From a virus (taxonomy: Duplodnaviria; Caudoviricetes): a stretch of 63,973 bases of DNA. Below the pieces are notes generated by a model. The model worked only from the letters and a program-made list of their open reading frames with translations. It was not told the origin of the DNA and did no database searches. The DNA lies in the IMG/VR virus record IMGVR_UViG_3300008114_000027, positions 1 through 63,973 of that record; one strand, 5' to 3'. This document shows, one piece after another, positions 45,842 through 54,815 of the stretch (its first letter is position 1; each line of letters starts with the position of its first letter). The position numbers and the translations under genes were made by a program.

Positions 45842-48181
45842 TTATATTTTACCTGTAATCTCCCTTCCCTGTGCCGCCTGTAGCCTTCCCTCTAAGGTCA
45901 TGGTCTCCAAGTCGGCGTTCTTCTGCGCCTCAATCTCTGCGAGCTTAGCTTGGAGCTTGTCTGAGATCTCCTTGCTCTTCTCGTTCATCCTCATCTCGGT
46001 AAGCATCTGCTCACCCTGAACTCTAGCCTGCTCAGCTGCCTGCGCGGCCTTCATATTATTCTCCGCATTTATTGCGGACATTCTCTCCTGATTCTCCTGA
46101 TTCTTTTCGTCGGCTCTTTGCTCTGCAAGCGCCAGATACCAAGCGGCAAGCTCGTCGTTCCCGTCCTCTAAAGTCTTCTCAACATACAGCGCATCTGCGG
46201 TGTTGATACCCTTCATGCCGTTCCTTCCAGCAGCCAAGCTCTGCTCAATAAGCCCCATAATATAAGCCTTGCGCTGAGCTGTCGTGGTAGCCTTGAGCTT
46301 GATCCCGCACTCGTTAAGTGTCAGATCCTTCAAGCCGTTAACAGCCGAGAAGTATACCGTGCCCAAGTAGCCCTCGTAGTAGTCGGCGCATTTCTTGTCC
46401 GCCGCGATGTTTACTCGTGCCTTCTGAATAATCTTGCGTGCAGCCTTCTCCTTGATACGGATGATAGCCTGTCTTATGTTGTACAGCGCGTTGTTCGTGC
46501 TGTCGAGTTCCATCTGACCAACACCCACCAGCTTCTCTGGTGACGCGTTAGGTGACGCGGACGCCGTGTCTGTTATGCCTGCGATCCTCTTCATCTGACT
46601 CTCGATAAACATCTGGTAGTTAATCCACTCGTCGAGCTGTCTGCCGACACCGTTCTCCAACTCCACCATGGCGTTAGCCCCGCTAAACTTCTGACCAAGC
46701 TCTAGCCTTGTTGCGTAGAACTGATTACCCGTCTCACGGCGGATACGCGCAATCTCAAGGGCGCTGACCTTGCCAAGACCTAAGTCCATGTTAGCAAGTA
46801 GTCCCACGTCTATAGCCATACCCTTCGGAGCTGCCGCAAGTATTGCCGCCCTTAACTTTAAGGTAGCTATCTGCTGGTCGTCAAGAAGACTCTGCCATCT
46901 CTCGACCACAGACTTGCCCGCGATACGCTCGCTGAAGTATGAAAGGGCGCAGCTGCCGTCGCCGTTCTTGATCATGTTCTTCTGTAGACCGTAGTCGTAC
47001 ACATAACTAGAACCAACAACCCAGCACCCCTCGTATATATTCTGCTGGTATACCTTGTCCGTCTTTCTCTCTCTACCGTCCGCGTACTTTGTCTTCACGC
47101 GGTCCTCTTTTTTGTACACGTAGTTGCCGTTGCCGGTCTTTCTACCAACATACAAGTTGAAGTCGTCGGTCTTGTACTCGAAGTCTAGCACGTCTACAAG
47201 GAAGTCGTACCATGTGTACCTCTGTGTCACAGGATCCTTTGATGTCCACGCGTAGTTTGTAGGGTCGCTAATATTATTTGATGTGCTGTACATCCTAGCC
47301 AAGCCTTCAAGCTCCTTGTCCGATAGACCCGGCAGCTTGTCTTTTAGCTCGTGAATAGGTACACGCTTTATGTAGCCGGCAAACGGAGGCTCAGCCTCAG
47401 GGTTGTCGTCGTCCCACACCGTGATGTACATTGACGGGTTTATATACTTGACGCCAACGGCGCCTGTATTGTTAACGTATATCCTTCCACATATAAAGGA
47501 TGTCTGCAAGGCAGAGTCGATCATCTTGTCGCGTACCTTGTTCCAGTCGCTGATATCAAATCCGTGCTCCGCGATCATCGACAGTCCAACCTCTATAGGC
47601 AGGCGTATGCCGTGATACTTCTCATACAGCTCCATCTCTGACTTGCTCTGTGGCTCCCAGTCCGGTGTCTTGTATGGTATACCAAGCTCCTGCTTCAGCG
47701 GGTTGGTGACCTTGGCGTCTATGTACATTTTCCACTTGATCTTTTCTTTAAGATACTTATCTGACTTGGATGTGGAAGACACGACGACCTTGTAATCACT
47801 CTGCGTTAGCAAGCCCTTTATTACGCTAATCAATAGCGGGGCGCTGCTCACGATGCTGTTCTGGTCAAAGCCTATGTTGTTGTAACCCTTTCTTGTATTC
47901 TCGTTGTAACCGTCTGTCCCTGCGGAGTTCGGTTTGGAGATCTCTCCACGGTATATCTTCTTGTACTTTAATGTACTCTGTCTACCCTCTGAGTAACTCT
48001 TGAGCATATTGAAATAGCCAAGGTTACCGTACACCGTGCCGCCAGAACCGTATGGTATAGGCGCCGAATACCAGCGGCCGTATATAGCCTGAGCTGCTGA
48101 CACACCCCATGCCATGTCCTTCTTTTTATCGGGCGAAATTGAGTCTGATGGGAACGGTGAAATCTTTCCAGTAGGTATCAT
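45842..48181 (-). CDS. Portal protein (779 aa)
   Basis: N-terminal FPSD.ISP..K, IAGIT....ASP and LVGVGQM....TNNA motifs, C-terminal coiled coil; follows TerL. Confidence 0.8.
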   Translation of the reverse strand: MIPTGKISPFPSDSISPDKKKDMAWGVSAAQAIYGRWYSAPIPYGSGGTVYGNLGYFNMLKSYSEGRQSTLKYKKIYRGEISKPNSAGTDGYNENTRKGYNNIGFDQNSIVSSAPLLISVIKGLLTQSDYKVVVSSTSKSDKYLKEKIKWKMYIDAKVTNPLKQELGIPYKTPDWEPQSKSEMELYEKYHGIRLPIEVGLSMIAEHGFDISDWNKVRDKMIDSALQTSFICGRIYVNNTGAVGVKYINPSMYITVWDDDNPEAEPPFAGYIKRVPIHELKDKLPGLSDKELEGLARMYSTSNNISDPTNYAWTSKDPVTQRYTWYDFLVDVLDFEYKTDDFNLYVGRKTGNGNYVYKKEDRVKTKYADGRERKTDKVYQQNIYEGCWVVGSSYVYDYGLQKNMIKNGDGSCALSYFSERIAGKSVVERWQSLLDDQQIATLKLRAAILAAAPKGMAIDVGLLANMDLGLGKVSALEIARIRRETGNQFYATRLELGQKFSGANAMVELENGVGRQLDEWINYQMFIESQMKRIAGITDTASASPNASPEKLVGVGQMELDSTNNALYNIRQAIIRIKEKAARKIIQKARVNIAADKKCADYYEGYLGTVYFSAVNGLKDLTLNECGIKLKATTTAQRKAYIMGLIEQSLAAGRNGMKGINTADALYVEKTLEDGNDELAAWYLALAEQRADEKNQENQERMSAINAENNMKAAQAAEQARVQGEQMLTEMRMNEKSKEISDKLQAKLAEIEAQKNADLETMTLEGRLQAAQGREITGKI

Positions 48182-48260
48182 GTATGTACTATTACGGCAA
48201 AATTACTATAAATTGGTATAAAGATACAAAATTAGTTAATTTTCTTAACGACAGCTAAAA

Positions 48261-48288
48261 CAAAAACCCCTCACGGTGGAGGGGCTCT
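48261..48288 (-). terminator. Intrinsic terminator
   Basis: CCCCTC-acggtg-GAGGGG with a + strand A-tract. Confidence 0.65.
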
Positions 48289-48296
48289 TGTCATCT

Positions 48297-48581
48297 TTAA
48301 CCTGTATAGCTCTTATTTAAGGCCGTTGCCTTACTAATCAACTTGTGAATGGACTCGTCCTTTCCCTTGTACACAATAGGAAAGTCAAACATTACATAGG
48401 CAAGTTTCTGTGTGCTGTTCTTTGCAGTCACCTTGCTGTTGAACACCGCGTTCATGTTCTTGACTACGGCGCTAACTGTCTCTAGAACCTCGGACTGCAT
48501 AAGCATCTCCCCGTTCTTTGCAATGACAGACACTCGAAATCCATTCTTTGCGTCCTTAATTTTTACGTGAGTTTGTTTCAT
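48297..48581 (-). CDS. YegP/DUF1508-like small protein
   Basis: KDAKNGFRVSVIAKNGEMLMQSE pattern. Start moved to ATG 48581, downstream of TATATTTG at 48602-48609. Confidence 0.55.
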   Translation of the reverse strand: MKQTHVKIKDAKNGFRVSVIAKNGEMLMQSEVLETVSAVVKNMNAVFNSKVTAKNSTQKLAYVMFDFPIVYKGKDESIHKLISKATALNKSYTG

Positions 48582-48616
48582 TTTAAAAAATTTTGTGTCT
48601 ACAAATATATACAATG

Positions 48617-51007
48617 TTAGTCATACATCTCTATAAATCCGGAGAAGTCAGATGACGTGTTATCTTTTTTTATCATATCCGGGTAAGCACTCTCAGCCCC
48701 AAGCAGCGCCATGCCGCACGCCGCGAAGACGTCGAGGTCTGTCATGTCGCTAAAGCTCTGTGCACTCTCGATCTCCTCGAGCAGCTCTATGTGCCTTGCC
48801 CTGTGACCCGTGTTCTTCACGTAATCACCGAACTTGGCAAATATCTTTTCTTGTACAGCTGGCCCGGTCCTCACCCCCGGGATCGGGTCGATCTTTCCAG
48901 TGGTCGGGTCGATCATGTGCATGAGGTATCCCTCCGCGTGGTGATCCCTGAAATACTTTATGACGTGCGAGACGTTACGCTCGGTGTTCACCATCGCGCC
49001 GCAGTACACTGCAGCAAGGAGCATGTCCTCGCAGTACTCATCCGTAGTATCCACACGGTTGTTGTAGGTCATGACGAAGTCGCCGGTCACGTGCTCCAGC
49101 GGGTCCTTGTCGCTCCCGTCCACCAGCGGGTCGTTACGCATGTACATGCCTCCACCACCGTTAGACTTCTTCTTCCCGCTGACGTCCTTGGTGTCGTAGC
49201 TGAACGGGTCACACCCGAGTACATACCTTCCCACCACATCCGGGCTTGGCCTGTATGTCTGGTTACGGTCGTCGTACATGTACTTGTTTGTCATCTCCGG
49301 TATAGGGCGCAGGCTTATTATCCACTTGCCGGGTTTAGCTGGCGTGCCGTCCACTATCCTAACAGAAGACCAAGGGCCGTTTACCCACTCCAAGTTCACG
49401 CTAACCGTCCTCTTGTCCCCAAACTTCAATGCGCTGATCCTTCCCTTCAGCACCCCCATGTCCCAGTAGTTCGAGCGGTTAGCCTTTCGGCCAGCTTCTC
49501 TTAGGTTCCACGGGTTGTTCCTTATCTCGTTGTTCAGAGAGTTCCAGTCCTTTATCTCCTCGTAGTATGCGCGGGTTTTCTTGAGCGTGGACTTTGCGCC
49601 CTCGTCAATAAGCTGACCCTCCAAGTTCATGTAAGGCTTCTCAGGATCCTCTATCACAGACATGCCGTACATGTCTACCCTTCCGTCGTACCCGTCGTAT
49701 GCAGGGACAAACAAGGTCACCAAGCCAGAGGCTGTGATCCCGTTGTCGTTCCTCTTGTGGGAATAAGACTTCACACACAGCTCAAAGTACTCCTTACCAC
49801 CGCCGCTCTCGAACTCACCGAACGTTGACGTGTACAGGGCAAAGCCGTGTATGTTCTGTCCCTGAGCGAGTGAGTTTCTTATGGTGTCGGTGAACTCGTG
49901 GAAGACATTCCCAGACTGCTTCTTGCCCGACTCGTCATTCAGGTAGGCGTGCAGCTTGTTACCGTCGAACGCCTTGTTGGCTGACGACCTTGGCCTGATC
50001 CACCCGCCATGCTCCACCGTGTCCCCGGAAAACGTCACGCTTCCCTTCTTGGTAAACACGAGGGCGTTGGTGTCTGCGGTAGAGGCGCACGGTTTCAAGA
50101 ACCATGGGTAGTGCCTCCAAGGCGCGAGTATCTTCTTCTGGTAAACGTCCTCGATAGCCGTGTCCTCGGTCAGCGCCTGTATCGCAAACGTGCCAAGCGA
50201 ATTGTCCACGGCTATCCTCATGCCCACGTGCGATCCCATGAAGGTTGCACCGACACGTCGACGTTTAGGGAAGACCACGCCGAACACTGTCCTGTAGCCC
50301 ATGTCAACGTAGTAACCCTCGTCATCTAGGATGTAGGAGTCTATCGCCTCGGTACGGACAAACTGTGCAGCGGTTGCCTTGTTGTTAAAATATTTCTGCC
50401 TTACACTAGTGCCCTTCCTGTAGGTGAGGACATACTTGAACTTGGACCACGTGGTGGTGTAAGCCCACCTAAAGAATATAAATATCCTGCGGTCCACGTC
50501 CCGGTAATCCGGAAGCCTGTCCCTCCTGTTGTCGTTGTCGATCGGGGTGTAGCACAAATAGGTGTAGTGCCATCCGTCGATGTATGTAGGCGTGCCGTTG
50601 ATGAAGCACCAGTAGCCACGTCTTGCCCGGTTATTGGTCGTGCGTATGAACTCTATCTCGTCCTTATAAAAAAGAGGATCGGACTCCACCTCGTCGAAGT
50701 AGTCCTCCGGGAACAGCTTATCCTTAGCCTTGAGGTTTCTCTTCCTCCTGATAATCTCCTCTATACCCTTGAGCTTGGCGGGCAGGGCAAAGAACTTATT
50801 GTTCCGGTAATGGTCAAAGGTCTGATCCTCTGGCGCCATCCCGTACCCGTCAATCTCTTTTATCGCCTCGTCCCATGGCTTACCAAAGAACGACTCGACT
50901 GAGGGCAGCTCCACGCGGATAGCGTTCTCGCCGCCAAGGTCCGGGTCATCCTCGTTGTACATGACATGGGCCTGTTCCTTTTTATATTTCTCGTGGTGCT
51001 GTGACAT
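48617..51007 (-). CDS. terL: Terminase large subunit
   Basis: KRRRVGAT (Walker A type), YLNDESGK (Walker B), YTST, nuclease LGCDPF, NTERN and D.DVFAACG. Confidence 0.85.
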   Translation of the reverse strand: MSQHHEKYKKEQAHVMYNEDDPDLGGENAIRVELPSVESFFGKPWDEAIKEIDGYGMAPEDQTFDHYRNNKFFALPAKLKGIEEIIRRKRNLKAKDKLFPEDYFDEVESDPLFYKDEIEFIRTTNNRARRGYWCFINGTPTYIDGWHYTYLCYTPIDNDNRRDRLPDYRDVDRRIFIFFRWAYTTTWSKFKYVLTYRKGTSVRQKYFNNKATAAQFVRTEAIDSYILDDEGYYVDMGYRTVFGVVFPKRRRVGATFMGSHVGMRIAVDNSLGTFAIQALTEDTAIEDVYQKKILAPWRHYPWFLKPCASTADTNALVFTKKGSVTFSGDTVEHGGWIRPRSSANKAFDGNKLHAYLNDESGKKQSGNVFHEFTDTIRNSLAQGQNIHGFALYTSTFGEFESGGGKEYFELCVKSYSHKRNDNGITASGLVTLFVPAYDGYDGRVDMYGMSVIEDPEKPYMNLEGQLIDEGAKSTLKKTRAYYEEIKDWNSLNNEIRNNPWNLREAGRKANRSNYWDMGVLKGRISALKFGDKRTVSVNLEWVNGPWSSVRIVDGTPAKPGKWIISLRPIPEMTNKYMYDDRNQTYRPSPDVVGRYVLGCDPFSYDTKDVSGKKKSNGGGGMYMRNDPLVDGSDKDPLEHVTGDFVMTYNNRVDTTDEYCEDMLLAAVYCGAMVNTERNVSHVIKYFRDHHAEGYLMHMIDPTTGKIDPIPGVRTGPAVQEKIFAKFGDYVKNTGHRARHIELLEEIESAQSFSDMTDLDVFAACGMALLGAESAYPDMIKKDNTSSDFSGFIEMYD

Positions 51008-51732
51008 TAGCTCTTAGATTCTGGGAACACTACCCCAGCCTTGGCGTGGGATGGCGGCACTGATTTTATATTCATCATCACGATCTCCTCCGGCCTGATG
51101 CCAAGAGAGGTATACGCCATGAACTCGTCGATGTCCGACTCTATAAGCCGGGACGTCTCGCCGTCAAGTATGCGCGTTCGTGATTCGCTTATCGCCTGTC
51201 TGAGAAGCTCGACCGTCTTTACGCGGTGGCTCTGCTTCAGCGGGTCGTCCGGCATCGGGGTGCCGAGAACCTCCTGCAAGTCCTCCTGACTCTTGAGCAT
51301 GATGGCCCAGTCTGCGGGCTGCTGAAGGGTGAGGAATGTTGATAACTTTCTAAGTATCAGCCTGTTCTGATTCAGAAGCAGGTCGAGGTATTTGTTGTCG
51401 TACTTGTTGAACTGGTCGGTCTGCACGCCAAGCTCGTCGAGAACCCACGTCTTGCGCTTGCCTATCTGCGGGTACTTCTCTATCGCCGGGCTACCTGCCG
51501 AGTACATCAGTATAATGTACCTCATCACGAACTCGTTGTCAAGCCCGCCAAGGTCAACGTTGATCGTTCGCCTAACTGGCTTGCCCCTGTCGTCCTCCTC
51601 GGTCACTATAAACGGGTGCGATGTCGCGTGGAATATCGGCACGGCGTTGAGATCCGGGAATGAGTTGACCACACTCTCGGATTCGTCCAGCCTGTGGAAC
51701 GGGTACCTTATGTTTCCGTAATTCTTAGTCAT
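51007..51732 (-). CDS. Hypothetical protein coupled to TerL (possible small terminase)
   Basis: TAATG coupling with terL; start taken at ATG 51732. Confidence 0.5.
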   Translation of the reverse strand: MTKNYGNIRYPFHRLDESESVVNSFPDLNAVPIFHATSHPFIVTEEDDRGKPVRRTINVDLGGLDNEFVMRYIILMYSAGSPAIEKYPQIGKRKTWVLDELGVQTDQFNKYDNKYLDLLLNQNRLILRKLSTFLTLQQPADWAIMLKSQEDLQEVLGTPMPDDPLKQSHRVKTVELLRQAISESRTRILDGETSRLIESDIDEFMAYTSLGIRPEEIVMMNIKSVPPSHAKAGVVFPESKS

Positions 51733-52414
51733 GTATTGCTGTGATATCTGCTGACCTGAAGTAGACGTACTCCTGATCAAGGTGCATGTTGTACTTGTCC
51801 TCTAACTCGCCGACAGTCCTGCCGCTGCCCATGACCATCACATTGTCGCCCGGGGCGCACTCGTTGATATGGCGACCGTTGTCGTACTTGCCATTGAATG
51901 ATGGAACGTACACCACCTCGTACTTGTCCTTGATAGGCTCGCCCATGCTGGTGAAGCTGAGGTCTAAGAACGCGTGAGCCTTTGGCATCACCTTCTTTCC
52001 GATCACCCTGTCGTTGAGTCCAACATACGTGTCCCCAGACTTCTTGAGCAGGAGCTCTGCGTATGGGATTACCATGAGGGTATCACCCTCGCACTCGAAC
52101 ATAACAAGCTCGCTGTTTCTGTTCTTTAATATCTTGCCTATCGCGGACTGGCTCCACCACACCTTGTCGCCGGGTGACACCTCAAGCTCGGACTTGAACG
52201 AGTAGTTAAGGTAAGGTATGTCTGTCTTGCTGGACAGCTTTACCACCTCACCACAACGTGCGGACATCTCCGCGATAGACGTGGTGGCTATAGTCTTCAC
52301 TAGGATTTCATTTCCTGATAGGTTCACGCTCTCCTTGGTCAGCTCCTCGATACGTACAAGTACGCGACCCTCCCGCATTAGCATGCGATCTAACTGTTGT
52401 CTTGTAATTTGCAT
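51725..52414 (-). CDS. Tandem GroES-like domain protein
   Basis: Two repeats of RVL...GEVV...V.PGD.V (EVSPGDKVW and ECAPGDNVM). Start at ATG 52414, downstream of the promoter element at 52419-52426. Confidence 0.55.
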   Translation of the reverse strand: MQITRQQLDRMLMREGRVLVRIEELTKESVNLSGNEILVKTIATTSIAEMSARCGEVVKLSSKTDIPYLNYSFKSELEVSPGDKVWWSQSAIGKILKNRNSELVMFECEGDTLMVIPYAELLLKKSGDTYVGLNDRVIGKKVMPKAHAFLDLSFTSMGEPIKDKYEVVYVPSFNGKYDNGRHINECAPGDNVMVMGSGRTVGELEDKYNMHLDQEYVYFRSADITAIHD

Positions 52415-52429
52415 GAGACAAAGATATAA

Positions 52430-52458
52430 AAAAAACCCTCCCACGTTAGGGAGGGTCT
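52430..52458 (-). terminator. Intrinsic terminator
   Basis: ACCCTCCC-acgtta-GGGAGGGT with a + strand A-tract. Confidence 0.7.
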
Positions 52459-52538
52459 CTTTAAACAAAACACAAAACACATATAAGAACGTAAGACAGC
52501 GAAGCTGCCAATGCAAAAGTACACCATAGGTGCTTCCG

Positions 52539-53069
52539 TTACATCTTTTTTATTTCCTTTATACGTGCCCTGTAATGCTGTATCATCTCCTTTATCTCGG
52601 GGATCGTTATGTTCAGGGGAAGGCTCGACTTTGCGTCAAGCTCATTGAGGCGGTCCAGACCTATCCTAGATATCAGACCCTCGCGGTACGCTATAAGGTT
52701 TCCGTGCTTGTCCCTGTTACAGTAAACGCACTGGCCGTGTACGTTGTGCTCGTGGTATCTCAGGTTTGGATAGCTGCCCACGCTGTAGTAATGGCCGGCG
52801 TCGTACTTGTTACCAAGCGGACGGGCGCAGCTGATACACGCGGTGCCCTTGTCCCTCATGCGGATGAACGTGTTGAACACAGCCTGAAGCTCTCTCCTCC
52901 ACTCTGACGCTGGCTTTATCTTCTCCTTCCACTCCTTCTTCTCCGCAGCCCACTCCTTCTTCTTGACCTTCTGGGAATACTCTATAAGGCACGATGGTTT
53001 CTCGCACGTCGCCTGAAGCGTGCTGAAGCGTGGGGTAAACTTTTCCTTGCACACCTTGCACCTTTTCAA
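52539..53069 (-). CDS. ninG: NinG/Rap-like recombination endonuclease
   Basis: CKVC...C...C, FNTFIRMRD...CISC, DAGHY and N.HGQCVYCN...GN...YR.GL motifs. Confidence 0.85.
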   Translation of the reverse strand: MKRCKVCKEKFTPRFSTLQATCEKPSCLIEYSQKVKKKEWAAEKKEWKEKIKPASEWRRELQAVFNTFIRMRDKGTACISCARPLGNKYDAGHYYSVGSYPNLRYHEHNVHGQCVYCNRDKHGNLIAYREGLISRIGLDRLNELDAKSSLPLNITIPEIKEMIQHYRARIKEIKKM

Positions 53070-53242
53070 TTCAACCCCCTTATAGAGACCAGCTCATACA
53101 TGTTGTATCCGTAACATATTTCACAAAATAGAAAGCGTCTACCACTATATTCTGGAGACTTGAGATCCTCGACGTGCACGTAACGTGACGTGCCATCGTG
53201 TTTATCAATCCACATTATAGAATGGTAGACGCGTTTTTTCAC
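53066..53242 (-). CDS. Small hypothetical protein (about 58 aa; not in ORF track)
   Basis: Open frame from GTG filling the gap and overlapping the ninG start. Confidence 0.4.
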   Translation of the reverse strand: MKKRVYHSIMWIDKHDGTSRYVHVEDLKSPEYSGRRFLFCEICYGYNMYELVSIRGLN

Positions 53243-53250
53243 ATCATATG

Positions 53251-53574
53251 CTAAAAGGGCAAGTCATCTCCTAGATCTGCTTTAGCCTTTACTGGGGCTG
53301 GTGTGCCCGCAGGGGACATCGCATCAATCTTCCAAGCTGACGCCTGAGTGAACCACTTGCCGTTCCATTCTCGGCTGCTGATGTTTGCTCCAACGGTCAC
53401 GGTATCTCCGACGTTCACGCCATCAACCAAGTCAACCTTGTTGTTGATAAGCTCGAACGCTAGGTCGTCCTTGTACTGCCCGTTTTGAATTTCAATTACA
53501 AAGATTCTCTTTGTAAGTTTTTCAGAGATGACGTCCGCGCCACCAATGAAAGTAACCTTTCCTTTAAATTCCAT
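53251..53574 (-). CDS. Single-stranded DNA-binding protein (DUF3127 type)
   Basis: MEFKGKV...SREWNGKWFT...AWKI and acidic DDLPF tail. Confidence 0.85.
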   Translation of the reverse strand: MEFKGKVTFIGGADVISEKLTKRIFVIEIQNGQYKDDLAFELINNKVDLVDGVNVGDTVTVGANISSREWNGKWFTQASAWKIDAMSPAGTPAPVKAKADLGDDLPF

Positions 53575-53575
53575 C

Positions 53576-53845
53576 TTAAGATGTTTTTATGTTGTTGTTT
53601 GTAAATATTACACTCGCGTTCTCTTCCTGAATCATCAGTAGTTCTTCGCTGTTGTATTCGATTTTAATGTAGGCCCACTTGTCAAAGGCTACCGTGTCGC
53701 CGGGCCTTGACTCCGCCTTGTCGCCGGCAAACACAACCTCACCCGCGTAGGGCTTGGACATGATATGCTCTGGCGCGATTATAACTGTTGACGTCACCTC
53801 CGGTGGAAGCTGGCGTACAATGATTATGTTTCCTATTGGTCTCAT
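53576..53845 (-). CDS. groES: GroES-like co-chaperonin
   Basis: MRPIGN.IIV...GEVVFAG.....PGDTVAF.K......I.....E.LMI.E. Confidence 0.75.
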   Translation of the reverse strand: MRPIGNIIIVRQLPPEVTSTVIIAPEHIMSKPYAGEVVFAGDKAESRPGDTVAFDKWAYIKIEYNSEELLMIQEENASVIFTNNNIKTS

Positions 53846-54231
53846 TTGGTTAAGAAATAAAATGATATAGCAGACAACACCACGACAGCTATCTCGGTTA
53901 TCAGCACCGTCACGGCAAATGACTTCAGGCTCTTGTGCATCATCTGCATATCCTCGTCACACTTAAGGATGACTGTGTCCCTTAGCTTTACCCTATCCTT
54001 TTCTTTACTGAGAGAATCCTGCAAGCCAGATATCTCGTAGCCCATGGCCTCGATCTGCATACTATACTGTTCATTCTTTAGCGGCATGTTTACAATCCTG
54101 TCCGCCACATCCTCGTACAGCTTGACATTCTTCTTCTTTGACAGCTCGTTGTCGTTTACCGAAAGCAAAGTATACTTTACTTTTACGAACGATCCGTTGC
54201 TAGTCGTTGTTACTGTTCCTAAATCTTCCAT
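53842..54231 (-). CDS. Coiled-coil protein with C-terminal TM
   Basis: Hydrophobic C-terminus FAVTVLITEIAVVVLSAISFYFL. Confidence 0.6.
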   Translation of the reverse strand: MEDLGTVTTTSNGSFVKVKYTLLSVNDNELSKKKNVKLYEDVADRIVNMPLKNEQYSMQIEAMGYEISGLQDSLSKEKDRVKLRDTVILKCDEDMQMMHKSLKSFAVTVLITEIAVVVLSAISFYFLTK

Positions 54232-54272
54232 CACATTTATTTTTTTACAAACTTAAAACAATGTTTGACATA

Positions 54273-54815
54273 TCATGACTCGTTAACAAAAATTGTACTT
54301 ATTCCGGGACATGACATCTTTGTCACGTCAACTATTGACTGGCAAAGTTTAGAGTGCTTCAGCTTCCTTTCCATGACAAGCTCCGGTATATAGTCAACCA
54401 TTCTCGTGTACTCGTAGTTGGTTAGCCTGCTCATATCAAAGGAGTTAGTGCTGAATGATCCGGTTACCACAGACCACACGTCGTCGTGTTCTATGTAGTA
54501 AGAGCCGTTGCCAGAGATGATGTACGAGCACGTCTTATAACTGTTACCAACAAAGTAGCTGACCGTGACCAGCAGCTTGTTAGACACACCAAAGTCCGCG
54601 TAACCGTATAGCTGGTCGTTATCAATCTTCATCTTCTTCATAACGTATGACGCCTGCCTCTCGCTGTTACACTTCTTGCACAGGCAGTCGAACTCTCCCT
54701 TATACACCTTAGTGATCCTCTCGTGGTAGAACGTGTCATTGCCGCACACGATACATCTCTTTACCGTGTACTCAGAATGGAGCCTTGTCTGATGTTGGGG
54801 TCTCGTCTTGTTCAT
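54273..54815 (-). CDS. Hypothetical protein with N-terminal Zn finger
   Basis: CIVC...CKKC. Confidence 0.6.
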   Translation of the reverse strand: MNKTRPQHQTRLHSEYTVKRCIVCGNDTFYHERITKVYKGEFDCLCKKCNSERQASYVMKKMKIDNDQLYGYADFGVSNKLLVTVSYFVGNSYKTCSYIISGNGSYYIEHDDVWSVVTGSFSTNSFDMSRLTNYEYTRMVDYIPELVMERKLKHSKLCQSIVDVTKMSCPGISTIFVNES

